A stretch of 64,000 bases of DNA, from NCBI GenBank assembly GCA_965249705.1, contig CBDFMO010000016.1, positions 58,063 through 122,062 on the forward strand. The letters run 5' to 3'. The notes beneath the pieces were generated by a model, which was not told the DNA's origin, did no database searches, and saw only the letters and a program-made list of their open reading frames with translations. Shown here piece after piece: positions 46,214 through 55,956 of the stretch. The number at the start of each line of letters is the position of its first letter. Position 1 is the stretch's first letter. Source of the stretch: Sphingomonas sp. (lineage in GTDB: Bacteria > Pseudomonadota > Alphaproteobacteria > Sphingomonadales > Sphingomonadaceae). Both the position numbers and the translations under genes were made by a program.

Positions 46214-47368
46214 TTAGGGGGTCGTCTTTCCCGCCGCCGGAGTCGTTGCAGCAGATGCCGGCGTCGCGGCTGCCGGGACAGCCGGCGTCGCCGCAGCCGC
46301 CGCAGGAACCGCGCTGGCCGCGCCGGGCCACAAGACCGGATTCTCCGCCCGCATCGACACGCCGTTCATTGGCTTGTTCAGGCCCTGGTGGCAGGTCGCG
46401 CAGTTGATCTTGTAGACATCGCCCATCGGCCCCTTGCGCCACGGGCTGACCGTCGCGCCGGCATGAACCGCCGGGAAAACGCTGGCGAGCGGCGTCATAT
46501 ATTCGGCATTGCTCTTTGCAACCATACGCAGGCCGTACCAGGCCACGGCACGCTTCGGGCTGCTCACGTTCCACGTCCGGAACGACGCCGTATTGTGGCA
46601 ATAGGTGCAGTTGACGCCGAGCCCGGACGACATGTGCATCATCAGGCCATAAGTCTTCTCGGCATCCTTGACCGAGACGACATGGTCGGGCGACGGCAGC
46701 GCCATCGCCGACTGCACGCGGATGTTGTTGACGCCGCCGTCCTTCAGATAGGACGAGAACGGATCGCCGGGCAGCGAGGCATAGGCCACGCCGGGTTCGG
46801 GATGGTTCTGGCCGGTCTGCACGCGCGCGAAGCCCATCGACTTGGCCGGGGCCGCCGTCGCCCATTTATACTGGGGCACGGCATTGCCGCGGTGGCAGGT
46901 CCAGCAGGTCACGCCCGTCCCCTGCACATGCTGGGTGTAGTTGGCGTTGATATTCTGCGTCATCTGGATCATGCGCCGCGCCACGACCTTCGTATATTTT
47001 TCGTCGGACGCCATGTTATTGGGGTTGTGGCAATAATTGCAGCCGACCTGGTTCGGGTCGGCACCGGTCTGCGGCGCGACCCAATTGTTCATCTGCGCCA
47101 TCAGATGGTTGAAGCGATCGGTGCTGACGCCGCCGAGCACCTGGACGTTCTGGTAGGTGGCGCCGGCGCGCGGCCCGCTGTCGTCGGGCGTCGCATAGAC
47201 GTTGGGCGGGATCTGCACCTGCGCCTTGACCAGCTTCGGGTTGACGATCTGATCGATGCCCGTCCCGCGATAACCGGTCTGGGTCGATTGCTTCGGCCCG
47301 ATTTCGCAGCCGCCAAGCAGCAACGGGATCGTTGCGGCGGCGGCAATCAGGATCTGCTTCTGGCTCAT
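46214..47368 (-). CDS. pufC: Reaction-centre-bound tetraheme cytochrome c subunit
   Basis: Lipobox [13 protein letters not shown], four CxxCH motifs (CNYCH, CWTCH, CTYCH, CATCH); ATG overlaps the pufM stop. Confidence 0.96.
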   Translation of the reverse strand: MSQKQILIAAAATIPLLLGGCEIGPKQSTQTGYRGTGIDQIVNPKLVKAQVQIPPNVYATPDDSGPRAGATYQNVQVLGGVSTDRFNHLMAQMNNWVAPQTGADPNQVGCNYCHNPNNMASDEKYTKVVARRMIQMTQNINANYTQHVQGTGVTCWTCHRGNAVPQYKWATAAPAKSMGFARVQTGQNHPEPGVAYASLPGDPFSSYLKDGGVNNIRVQSAMALPSPDHVVSVKDAEKTYGLMMHMSSGLGVNCTYCHNTASFRTWNVSSPKRAVAWYGLRMVAKSNAEYMTPLASVFPAVHAGATVSPWRKGPMGDVYKINCATCHQGLNKPMNGVSMRAENPVLWPGAASAVPAAAAATPAVPAAATPASAATTPAAGKTTP

Positions 47369-48339
47369 TTTGCTGCTCCCGGAAGAGTGGCAGGATCGAT
47401 CACGCCTGTCGAGGGGTAGCTCGGCGCATAGCCATGCTGCTGCGCCCACAGATACCAGTTATCAACGACCGTTCCGGTCAAAAGGATGCCGATGCCGCCG
47501 GTCAGCGTCGTCAGCACCGCGAACCACCACGCCCAGCGATGGATCGATTCCATCGTGGCGTTGAAGCCCATGGTCCAGCGCCAGAACAGGGCCGCCCGCT
47601 CGGTCGCCGTGCCGCGATCGGTAATCTGTTCGATCTCGCGCTCGCCGCCGTAACGGCCGACCGCCAGAATGGTCGCACCGTGCATCGCAAAGAGCAGGGT
47701 CGAGCCATAGAGGAAGGCGATCGAAAGCGCGTGGAACGGATTGTAGAACAGGTTGCCATAGCGGATCGAGAAGGCCGCGGTCCAATCGAGGTGCGGGAAG
47801 ATGCCGAAGGGCACGCTTTCCGCCCAGCTGCCCATCAGCATCGGCCGAATGAAGCCGAGCGACAGCATCAGGAAGATCGCGCTCGCAAAGGCCCAGGCGA
47901 CATGCGTTCCCATGCCCAGGGCCCTGGCACGCGTATAGATGCGTGCCCACCAGAGCAGGACCGAAGCCGTCAGACAGAAGCCGGCGATCTGCCACCAGCC
48001 ACCCTTGTTGAGCGGCACGAACATCTGGAAGCCGTATTCGGGCCCTGGCGGTTCGAGGGCGAGCCAGAACAGCTGGCGCACGAATTGCACCGGGTTCCAG
48101 TTGACCGAGGCCAGCATGTTGAGCCCGGTGATCTCGAACGCGAGGAAGAAGAAGAAGATCGAGGCGATACCGAGCCGCCCGAGGTAGATCGGGCCGATCT
48201 GGGCATTGCCGAACTTGCCCATCCAGTAGGAAAATCCAGGTTTTCCGTCGCGCTGGAAGTCACCTGCCGGAAGGGCCGGCCCGGTCTCCGCCGCGCCGCG
48301 CAGCTGAACCTGGGTGAAGATATTCTGATAGCGTGCCAT
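47365..48339 (-). CDS. pufM: Reaction centre M subunit
   Basis: [60 protein letters not shown]. Confidence 0.98.
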   Translation of the reverse strand: MARYQNIFTQVQLRGAAETGPALPAGDFQRDGKPGFSYWMGKFGNAQIGPIYLGRLGIASIFFFFLAFEITGLNMLASVNWNPVQFVRQLFWLALEPPGPEYGFQMFVPLNKGGWWQIAGFCLTASVLLWWARIYTRARALGMGTHVAWAFASAIFLMLSLGFIRPMLMGSWAESVPFGIFPHLDWTAAFSIRYGNLFYNPFHALSIAFLYGSTLLFAMHGATILAVGRYGGEREIEQITDRGTATERAALFWRWTMGFNATMESIHRWAWWFAVLTTLTGGIGILLTGTVVDNWYLWAQQHGYAPSYPSTGVIDPATLPGAAK

Positions 48340-48353
48340 GTCCTATCTCCCCC

Positions 48354-49178
48354 TTATGACCAGATCGGCAGATTGAGCCACCAGGTCCACCATTCAGGCC
48401 AGCCGCGGGTCCAGAACGGGCCCGAGATGATGATGCAGACCGCGCTCCAGAAGCCGGCGCTGAGCGCCAGGAACAGGCCGACGCGATGGATGCCGAGCGT
48501 GCCGACCGAATAGCCGATCGTGTCGCGAAAGAACGCGTCCTCATATTCCGGCGTCTTCACGTCCTGCCCCTTGGCCGGATTGACCGCCGACAGGATGAGC
48601 GACCCGTGCAGCGCGAGCGCCATGGTCGTCGTGAAGAAGAAGGTCACCGCCAGCATGTGCGCCGGATTGTAGTGGAAATGGAGGTACTGGTACCCCGTGT
48701 TCGACACCCAATCGAGGTGGCTGAAAATGCCGTAGGGAAAGCCGAAGCCCCAGGCGCCGAGCAGGACGGGCCGGATCACTTCCAGCGAGATATAGGCGAA
48801 GATCGCCACGCTGAAGGCGAAGGGCACGTGATAGCCGATGCCGAGCTTGCGGCAGATTTCGACCTCGCGCAGTGCCCAGGACACAAAGGCCCCGATCGCG
48901 CAGATGGTGATGATCTGCCAGAAGCCGCCTTCGCGCAGGGGCGCCAGGCTCAGGCCATAGGAAATGTCGGGTGGCGCAATGCTAATGAGCCACGGGTTCC
49001 ACGTCGGCCCCAGCGAGGCCGCGTAAAAGATGAGGGCCGTGCCCAAGGCCGCGCAGAGCGCCGTCGTCACGCCGAAAAATCCGACATAGAACGGGCCCAC
49101 CCAGAAATCGAACAGGTCGCCACCGATCAGCGTCCCTCCCCGAACCCGGTATTTTCTTTCGAAGCTCAACAGCGCCAT
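48354..49178 (-). CDS. pufL: Reaction centre L subunit
   Basis: [45 protein letters not shown]. Confidence 0.98.
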   Translation of the reverse strand: MALLSFERKYRVRGGTLIGGDLFDFWVGPFYVGFFGVTTALCAALGTALIFYAASLGPTWNPWLISIAPPDISYGLSLAPLREGGFWQIITICAIGAFVSWALREVEICRKLGIGYHVPFAFSVAIFAYISLEVIRPVLLGAWGFGFPYGIFSHLDWVSNTGYQYLHFHYNPAHMLAVTFFFTTTMALALHGSLILSAVNPAKGQDVKTPEYEDAFFRDTIGYSVGTLGIHRVGLFLALSAGFWSAVCIIISGPFWTRGWPEWWTWWLNLPIWS

Positions 49179-49316
49179 GGCACGTCTCCGCGTGCTTCGC
49201 CCGGTCATCGGGCGAAGTCCCTTTTGGTACGCAAACTCGTTACGCAAACTTTTTCCGGGTCACGGAACGGGGCAGGTGTCGCGCCCGACCCCGCTCCGCT
49301 TCCCCGAACCGTATTG
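49179..49316 (-). promoter_or_regulatory. Structured pufA-pufL intercistronic region (stem-loops)
   Basis: Stem 49263-49298 (CGGAGCGGGG/CCCCGTTCCG on the minus strand), perfect 9-bp stem 49195-49217, and a GCACG/CGTGC stem around the pufL RBS. Confidence 0.65.
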
Positions 49317-49496
49317 CTACGGCGTAGTCGTGGCCGGTGCGGCAGCGACCGTGGCAGCTGCATGCGGACCGTCGAGCCAGTTGAACCGGTCGGTGCTCAG
49401 CAAGATGAAGTGAATCAGCAGTGCCAGCACGAACAGGAAAACGGCCAGTGCGACCAGCGTACGCCGCGGGTCGAATATCATCCAAAGTCTCCACAT
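49317..49496 (-). CDS. pufA: LH1 alpha apoprotein (not in ORF track)
   Basis: Manual translation: [59 protein letters not shown]. Confidence 0.97.
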   Translation of the reverse strand: MWRLWMIFDPRRTLVALAVFLFVLALLIHFILLSTDRFNWLDGPHAAATVAAAPATTTP

Positions 49497-49585
49497 CGTC
49501 GTGGTTCCTTGTATTGAGGTGTCAATTCCGGGCTCTCGCTCCCCGACCGAGATCGGGCAACGGCAGGCCGGTCGTCAGTTGCGGA

Positions 49586-49738
49586 TCAACCCAGCCAGGG
49601 CTTCCACATCCAGACGAGGACGTGCGCAACCACTGCGATCGCCGTGAAGCCCATGAAACTGCTCACGAAAATCTTGTGGAACTCTTTCGCCTCGTCGGCG
49701 GTCAGGTAGGTCCCGACCCCGTCTCTGTTATCGCTCAT
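49586..49738 (-). CDS. pufB: LH1 beta apoprotein (not in ORF track)
   Basis: Manual translation: [50 protein letters not shown]. Confidence 0.97.
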   Translation of the reverse strand: MSDNRDGVGTYLTADEAKEFHKIFVSSFMGFTAIAVVAHVLVWMWKPWLG

Positions 49739-49868
49739 GTTTCCGTCTCCATTATGCCCTTGGAAAGATGGAGCGACGGGTGCGCCCCCGGGCGGTATCC
49801 GCGTGACGGGCAGGCCCGCCGCGAGGATGGGTTGAGGTCCGCAAGGACCGAAAGGATGAGCGGCGCGC

Positions 49869-51311
49869 TCATGCGCTCGCCTCTGCCATGGCTTCGTCGA
49901 CGCGTATCTGCGTCACGACCGCTTCGCCGGCGCGGCGCGCGGCGCGCTCGGCCGCGTCACGGATGCGCTTGGCCATCGAAATGCGGACCAGCACGGGCGC
50001 GCGCTCGACGGCGGCGTCGAGGCTGTCCTTGGCCGTCACGTCCCAGGCCAGTTCGGTGAGGGTGCGCGCCGGCGTCGCCTCGACCTTGTCGAGCACGGTG
50101 CCGAGCGGCAGGATGTTGAACAGCGCATCGAACAGCGCGTTGCAGACTTCCTGGATCAGGTAGGTCGCGCCCGCATAGCCCATGAACGGCGTGCCCGTAT
50201 GGCGGCGGATGACGGCGCCGGGGAAGCTGGCGGGCACGAACATGCTGCGCCCGCCCGCTTCGGCGCCGTACATGCGCTCGTTGAAGCTGCCGAACAGCAC
50301 GAGCGGCGGATTGCTGTGGATGGCGGCGCGGACCGCCGCATTGTCGGACTTGGTCCCGGCGGTACGCGCAACCGCGAAGTTGCAGGGCATGCCCATGTCG
50401 TCCTCGAGGAACGAGCGGATGCCGCGGGCATAGGTCTCGCCGGCCACGATGCCAAAGCTGGCGGTCCCGTAGAAATCCTGCGTGACGCTGCGCCACAGGT
50501 CCCACAGCGGCTTGATCGTGGTGTGCTTCTCGCGCTGGATGAACGGCTCGGGATCGACCCCGGTGAGTTCGCCCAGCTTGCGCAGGAACAGCGTCGTGCT
50601 CTCCAGCCCGATCGGCGCCTGGAGGTACGGCCGCTCGAGCGTTTCGCACAGGCCCCGGCCGAACTCGCGGTAGAGGCAGACGTTGACGCTGGCGTCGGCC
50701 AGCTTGCGGACATCGGCGATGTGGCTGCCCAGCGGGAAGGCCATGTTGACCTCGCACCCGATGCCCTCGATCAGGCGCCGGATCTCGGCGAGGTCGCTCG
50801 GGCAATTGAACTGGCCATATTGCGCGCCGATGATGTTGACGCGCGGCTTGGCGCCTTCGGGCAGGATGCGCGGGCCGGGCACCTTCTTCGGCCCGAACTG
50901 CGTCCACAGCCAGGTCAGCGCGCGGTCGGCGGCCTGCCACTGGTCCTCGTCGATGGTGCGCGGCAGGAAGCGGACGATGTTCGTCCCTTCGGGCGTCACG
51001 CCGCCGCCGATCATTTCCGAAATGCTGCCGGTCACCACCACGGCGGGCAGATCGGGATCGAGCGTCTTCCACGCGCGCTTCATTGCGCCTTCGGTGCCGT
51101 CGCGGCCGAGTTCCTGCTCGCCAAGACCGGTCACGACGATGGGCAGCTCGTGCGGCGGCAGCGCGTCGGTGTAATGCAGCACGCTGGTCACCGGCAGGTT
51201 CTCGCACCCGACCGGCCCGTCGATGATGACCTGCAATCCCTTGATCGCGGTGAACGCGTAGACCGCGCCCCAATAGCCCCCTGCCCGGTCGTGATCGAGG
51301 ATCAGCGTCAT
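49869..51311 (-). CDS. bchZ: Chlorophyllide a reductase subunit Z
   Basis: [42 protein letters not shown]. Confidence 0.96.
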   Translation of the reverse strand: MTLILDHDRAGGYWGAVYAFTAIKGLQVIIDGPVGCENLPVTSVLHYTDALPPHELPIVVTGLGEQELGRDGTEGAMKRAWKTLDPDLPAVVVTGSISEMIGGGVTPEGTNIVRFLPRTIDEDQWQAADRALTWLWTQFGPKKVPGPRILPEGAKPRVNIIGAQYGQFNCPSDLAEIRRLIEGIGCEVNMAFPLGSHIADVRKLADASVNVCLYREFGRGLCETLERPYLQAPIGLESTTLFLRKLGELTGVDPEPFIQREKHTTIKPLWDLWRSVTQDFYGTASFGIVAGETYARGIRSFLEDDMGMPCNFAVARTAGTKSDNAAVRAAIHSNPPLVLFGSFNERMYGAEAGGRSMFVPASFPGAVIRRHTGTPFMGYAGATYLIQEVCNALFDALFNILPLGTVLDKVEATPARTLTELAWDVTAKDSLDAAVERAPVLVRISMAKRIRDAAERAARRAGEAVVTQIRVDEAMAEASA

Positions 51312-52798
51312 ACGCCCACCGCCTCTTCCGCCTTGGCGGCAGCAATGCGCTTTGCGGCAAATTTCGCCTTGAATTCGGGCCGGTCGACCGGGGTCTTTTC
51401 CCAGACACCGGCGCTATAGCCTTCGCCGACGCCCTCGAAGAAGGACTTCATCCGGTCGAAGCGCGCCTGGTTGCCGAGCGCGGCATTGACAACCTGCGCG
51501 AGGCTTCCGGCACCGGCGACGCCCATGAGGGGTCGTGCCGAAATGAGGTTGGTGAAATAGAGTGCCGGGATGGCCTTCGCCTTGGCGTGCTGGACGACGG
51601 GGGTCGTGCCGATCGCGAGATCGGGCTCGAAGGCGTCGACCGCCTGCAGATCCTTTTCGAGGCTGGCGCGATATTCGACATGCACGCCGCGCGCGACGAG
51701 CCATTCGCGATCGGGATCGCTCCACACCGTGCGGGGCGCCGCCGTGCCGACATAGGGGACATCGGCGCCGCTCTCGATCAGAAGGCGTGCGACCAGCAAT
51801 TCCGAGCCTTCATAGCCGGATACGGTAATCCGTCCCGAAATCGGCTTGGCGGCGAGCGCGGCGCGGATGGCGGGCACGAAGCGGTTCTTTGCTTCATCAA
51901 CCTTGGCTTGTGCGATACCGCACGCACTGCCCACCGCGTCGAGCCACGCCGCCGTCCCGTCCGCGCCCACAGGGGCCGATCCGATGACTGTCCGTCCCGC
52001 GGCTTCGAATTCGCGGACACTGGCGGTGTAGAAAGGATGGATTGCCGCAACGGCGGCGCAGTCGAGCGCCGAATAGAGTTCACGCCATTCGCGCGTGGGG
52101 ACGACCGGGCCGGCCGCCAGGCCGAGCGGCGCGAGCATCTGCCCGATGCCGACCGGGTCGACCGGGAACATCTCGCCCAGCAGCGTGACCGTCGGCAGGG
52201 CGGAACGCTCGCGCGGGGCGGCGACGGGGCCAGCCTCGGCCTCCAGCCGTGCATAGTTGAGCATCGCCCCGGCAAGCACGTCCTTCGCCTCGGCATGGGT
52301 CGGAATGCCGAAGCCCGGCACGTCGATGCCGATGATGCGGACGCCGTTGATCGACTTGGGCAGCAGCTGCAGCGGCACGCCCGACGCGGTCGGCACGCAC
52401 AGGTTGGTGACCACGATGGTGTCGTAATTGGCGGGATCGGCGAGCTGCTCGACCGCTTCCTTGATGTCCTCAAATAATTTGCCGGTGACGAGCGTCTCCG
52501 AAGAGAACGGCACATAGCCGACCGACCGCTTGGCCCCATAGAAGTGCGATGTGAAGGTCAGCCCATAAACGCAGCAGGCCGAACCCGAGAGCACGGTCGC
52601 GGTACGGCGCATACGCAGTCCGACACGCAGCGAACCAAAGGCCGGGCACATCGATTGCGGCTGGTCGTGCGGCCCCTGCGGATAGTCCGCCGCATAACGC
52701 GCGAGCACGTCCGACTTGCCTGCCTGCACGGCGGCGGCGCGCAGCGTGTCGGCGCTCGAGCAGCCCCCTTCGGGCACGGGAGGCGCGATCTCAGACAG
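51308..52798 (-). CDS. bchY: Chlorophyllide a reductase subunit Y (start codon uncertain, non-ATG)
   Basis: [49 protein letters not shown]. Confidence 0.95.
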   Translation of the reverse strand: MSEIAPPVPEGGCSSADTLRAAAVQAGKSDVLARYAADYPQGPHDQPQSMCPAFGSLRVGLRMRRTATVLSGSACCVYGLTFTSHFYGAKRSVGYVPFSSETLVTGKLFEDIKEAVEQLADPANYDTIVVTNLCVPTASGVPLQLLPKSINGVRIIGIDVPGFGIPTHAEAKDVLAGAMLNYARLEAEAGPVAAPRERSALPTVTLLGEMFPVDPVGIGQMLAPLGLAAGPVVPTREWRELYSALDCAAVAAIHPFYTASVREFEAAGRTVIGSAPVGADGTAAWLDAVGSACGIAQAKVDEAKNRFVPAIRAALAAKPISGRITVSGYEGSELLVARLLIESGADVPYVGTAAPRTVWSDPDREWLVARGVHVEYRASLEKDLQAVDAFEPDLAIGTTPVVQHAKAKAIPALYFTNLISARPLMGVAGAGSLAQVVNAALGNQARFDRMKSFFEGVGEGYSAGVWEKTPVDRPEFKAKFAAKRIAAAKAEEAVGV

Positions 52799-53774
52799 CG
52801 TCGTAGACCACTTCGAGGCTGGGCTTGGCGACAAATTCGACGCCACGCATGTCGGCCTGCGACGCAGGCTTCAACGAATAGTCGGCACCGGTGATGTCGG
52901 CGCTGAACAGGCCGAGCAACCCGTCCTGGTCGAGTGGCGCGGGGCGCAGCGGCGGCGCTTCCGCCACATTGATGGCAAGCTCTTCGAACAGCGGCGCCCA
53001 TTGGCCGCCGGGTTTGCCGATGATCTGGTAGTTGGCGGATTTCTTGCGGATGTCCTCGTTCGCCGGGATCGCGCACAGCACGGGAATGCCGACCGCTTCG
53101 GCAAAGGCATTGGCCTCGCCGGTGCCGTCGTCCTTGTTGAGGATCATGCCGGCCACGCCGACATTGCCGCCCATCTTGCGGAAATATTCGACCGCCTTGC
53201 AGACATTGTTCGCGACGTAGAGCGACTGCAGGTCGTTCGACGCAACCACGATCACCTTCTGGCACATGTCGCGCGCGATCGGCAGGCCGAAGCCGCCGCA
53301 GACGACGTCGCCCAGGAAATCGAGCAGGACGTAGTCGAAACCCCATTCGTGGAAGCCGAGCTTTTCGAGCGTCTCGAACCCGTGGATGATGCCACGACCG
53401 CCGCAGCCGCGGCCGACCTCGGGTCCGCCGAGTTCCATCGCGAACACGCCGTCGCGCTGGAAGCAGACATCCTCGATGCCGATTTCCTCGCCCGCGAGCT
53501 TTTTGCGTGACGACGTCTCGATGATCGTGGGTGTCGACTTGCCCCCGAACAACAAGCTGGTCGTATCCGATTTCGGATCGCAGCCAATGAGCAGCACGCG
53601 CTTGCCCTGCTGCGCCATCATATAGCTGAGGTTCGCCAGCGCGAACGACTTGCCGGAGCCACCCTTGCCGTAAATGGCGATGATCTGGGTTTCCTTGGTC
53701 ACCGGGCCGGTCGGCACGGGATCGGGCTCATGGCTTGCTTCTTCACGCAGGTCGCTCGGGTCGAACATACTCAT
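52791..53774 (-). CDS. bchX: Chlorophyllide a reductase iron protein X
   Basis: [41 protein letters not shown]. Confidence 0.97.
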   Translation of the reverse strand: MSMFDPSDLREEASHEPDPVPTGPVTKETQIIAIYGKGGSGKSFALANLSYMMAQQGKRVLLIGCDPKSDTTSLLFGGKSTPTIIETSSRKKLAGEEIGIEDVCFQRDGVFAMELGGPEVGRGCGGRGIIHGFETLEKLGFHEWGFDYVLLDFLGDVVCGGFGLPIARDMCQKVIVVASNDLQSLYVANNVCKAVEYFRKMGGNVGVAGMILNKDDGTGEANAFAEAVGIPVLCAIPANEDIRKKSANYQIIGKPGGQWAPLFEELAINVAEAPPLRPAPLDQDGLLGLFSADITGADYSLKPASQADMRGVEFVAKPSLEVVYDAV

Positions 53775-54703
53775 AGCGAACTCCAGTCGAGCACCATTTT
53801 CAGGCAGGCAGGATCGGTGAAGGCCTGCGGGTAGGCGGTATCGAAATCACGCACCGGCCGGACGTCGGTGACGAGACCGTCGAGGTCGAGCGTTCCAGCG
53901 TCGAGCATCGCCGACACGTCTGCCATGTCGGCGGGCAGGAATTCCGACGCGATCCGAAGCCGCGCCTCGCGCATGAACGCCGGGGGAAAGGCAAAGCTGA
54001 TCGGCTGGGTGTAGAAGCCCGCCAGCACGAGCTCGCCACCGCGGGCCAGACGCATGATCAGGGTATCGGCGAGCCCTTCGGCTCCGCTGGCATCATAAAC
54101 AGCCCGATAGTCGCGGCGCTCGTCATGTTCGGCATCGGTCACGACATAGCCCTGCGCGCCCGCGCGCCGCACCGGGTTGGTTTCCCAGACGGTGGGCGCC
54201 GGCGCGCCAGAGGCAAGGGTGACGCGCGCGAGCAGCCGCCCGAGGACGCCGTGTCCGACGATCAGGTCGGGCGCCGCATGGCCGGCAATCGCATGTCGGG
54301 CGGTCGCCGCAAGCGCGCACAGAATACCGCGCGCGCCAAGGCTTTCGGGCACGGGCAATACCCGCGCCGAGGGCACGACGACGCGGCTGGACGCGCCGCC
54401 GAACAGGCCGCGCGCCCCTTCGTAACAATTGGCGCCGGGGACAAAGACCCATTCGCCGATCCGCCCGCGCGCGTCGGCGCCGGCATCGACGACGCGGCCG
54501 ACCGATTCATAGCCCGGGACCAGCGGATAGCCCATGCCGGGAAAGCTGGGCATGCGCCCTTCCCACAACAGCCGTTCGGTGCCCGAGCTGATTCCGCTCC
54601 AGGCAATGTCGACGACGAGGTCCGAATTACGGGGCGCGACGAGCGAAAGCGAGCGGAGCGACAATGCGCCCGGTGCCTCCAAGATGATCGCCGCAGCGGT
54701 CAT
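53771..54703 (-). CDS. bchC: 3-hydroxyethyl bacteriochlorophyllide dehydrogenase
   Basis: [42 protein letters not shown]. Confidence 0.95.
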   Translation of the reverse strand: MTAAAIILEAPGALSLRSLSLVAPRNSDLVVDIAWSGISSGTERLLWEGRMPSFPGMGYPLVPGYESVGRVVDAGADARGRIGEWVFVPGANCYEGARGLFGGASSRVVVPSARVLPVPESLGARGILCALAATARHAIAGHAAPDLIVGHGVLGRLLARVTLASGAPAPTVWETNPVRRAGAQGYVVTDAEHDERRDYRAVYDASGAEGLADTLIMRLARGGELVLAGFYTQPISFAFPPAFMREARLRIASEFLPADMADVSAMLDAGTLDLDGLVTDVRPVRDFDTAYPQAFTDPACLKMVLDWSSL

Positions 54704-54752
54704 GCCGTCTCCCCCAGGTTGCACCGCGGAGGGATATCCACTGCAACCTGAC

Positions 54753-54822
54753 TGTCACTCTAGGATTACAAAATTCAATGTCAATAAATTCTGACACTCG
54801 TTTGTGTCAGGCCTCGGCAACA
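54753..54822. promoter_or_regulatory. Three tandem perfect PpsR operators (TGT-N12-ACA) at the bchC promoter
   Basis: 54753-54770, 54779-54796 and 54805-54822, each separated by 8 bp; minus-strand TTGACA-N16-TAGAGT promoter-like motif inside the array. Confidence 0.9.
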
Positions 54823-55883
54823 ATGATCTGGGCGATCAAAGGCAGGCTGGTGGAGATCATCCGGCTGCGCGAAAAGCCGCAGTTTTTGAGGGCGTCACGC
54901 AATTCGCCCGGGGTCCGGGCGCGTCCCGATCCCATCGCCAGCAGGTACATGCCGAAATAGGCATCCCCCATGGCCTCGTCGCCGCGCAGGCCGGCCATCG
55001 GCTCCACGATCAGCAACCGCCCGCCCGACTCGAGCCCCGCTTTTGCTGCACGCAAAATGCGCAGCATCGAGTCGTCGTCATGGTCGTGGAGGATGCGGAC
55101 CAGGGTGATCAGGTCGTAGCCGCGTGGCAGCTGGTCGGTCAGGAAGCTGCCGCCGTGGCGCGCGACAGCGGGATCTTCGATCCGGGCCACGACATCGGGC
55201 AGGTCGAACACGGCACGCGTCAACCGGGGCGCGACCTTGCCGACGGCGGCAACAAAGGTGCCCTGCCCGCCGCCGACGTCGAGCATCCGCTGATGGCGTG
55301 TAAAGTCATAGGCGTCGGTGGCCTGCGCCGCGACCATCGGCTGCGAGGCTGCCATGAGCGCGGAATATCCGGAAACGCCCCCCGCCTGTCCCTCGGCATA
55401 GGGCCAGAAACCCGACAGGGCCCCGCCACCGCCGCCATCCTTCACGTTAGACCGGCGGAGCAGCGCGAGCGGATCGGCGAGGTCGGTATAAAGCAGATGA
55501 TGGTGGCGGATCATGGCAACGATGCCCGGATCTGCGGCAACGGCCGCACCGACGCGCCCGAGCATATAGCAGCCGCCCCCGACGTCTTCGGCGAGGTGCA
55601 GCGCGGCCGCGGCCCGCAAAAGCCTGAGCGCCGCCGCGGGCGGAAGGTCGCACTTTGCTGCGACGTCGTCGGCCGTCACCGGCCCCGTCGCGAGCAACCC
55701 CAGAATGTCGCCCTCGATACAGGCCGCCAACACCTGCGAATAGACGAAGCCCGCGACGAGGGAGAAGGTTTCGCGGGCCCGCGCGCGCGCCACCGGGCGC
55801 GTCAGCGGGAAGCGTGCCGCCCAGCGGCGGAAGCCGTCACTCGCCAGAATGGCGTTACGCCAGCCGACCCAACGCACTTTCAT
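54807..55883 (-). CDS. crtF: Hydroxyneurosporene/carotenoid O-methyltransferase
   Basis: WRNAILAS...FPLTRPVAR, FVYSQVL, MLDVGGGQG, RILHDHDD, YFGMYLLAMGSGR; start could be 55907. Confidence 0.92.
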   Translation of the reverse strand: MKVRWVGWRNAILASDGFRRWAARFPLTRPVARARARETFSLVAGFVYSQVLAACIEGDILGLLATGPVTADDVAAKCDLPPAAALRLLRAAAALHLAEDVGGGCYMLGRVGAAVAADPGIVAMIRHHHLLYTDLADPLALLRRSNVKDGGGGGALSGFWPYAEGQAGGVSGYSALMAASQPMVAAQATDAYDFTRHQRMLDVGGGQGTFVAAVGKVAPRLTRAVFDLPDVVARIEDPAVARHGGSFLTDQLPRGYDLITLVRILHDHDDDSMLRILRAAKAGLESGGRLLIVEPMAGLRGDEAMGDAYFGMYLLAMGSGRARTPGELRDALKNCGFSRSRMISTSLPLIAQIIVAEA

Positions 55884-55926
55884 GTCCGAGCGAACTGACG
55901 TATCCATATGTCCAGTTGACTGGACG
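55883..55926. promoter_or_regulatory. PpsR operator pair in the crtF/crtD divergent region
   Basis: TGTCCGAGCGAACTGACG (55883-55900) and TGTCCAGTTGACTGGACG (55909-55926), 8-bp spacer. Confidence 0.75.
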
Positions 55927-55956
55927 CTTGGCGCTATCCGGTCAAGGAGACGGTTG

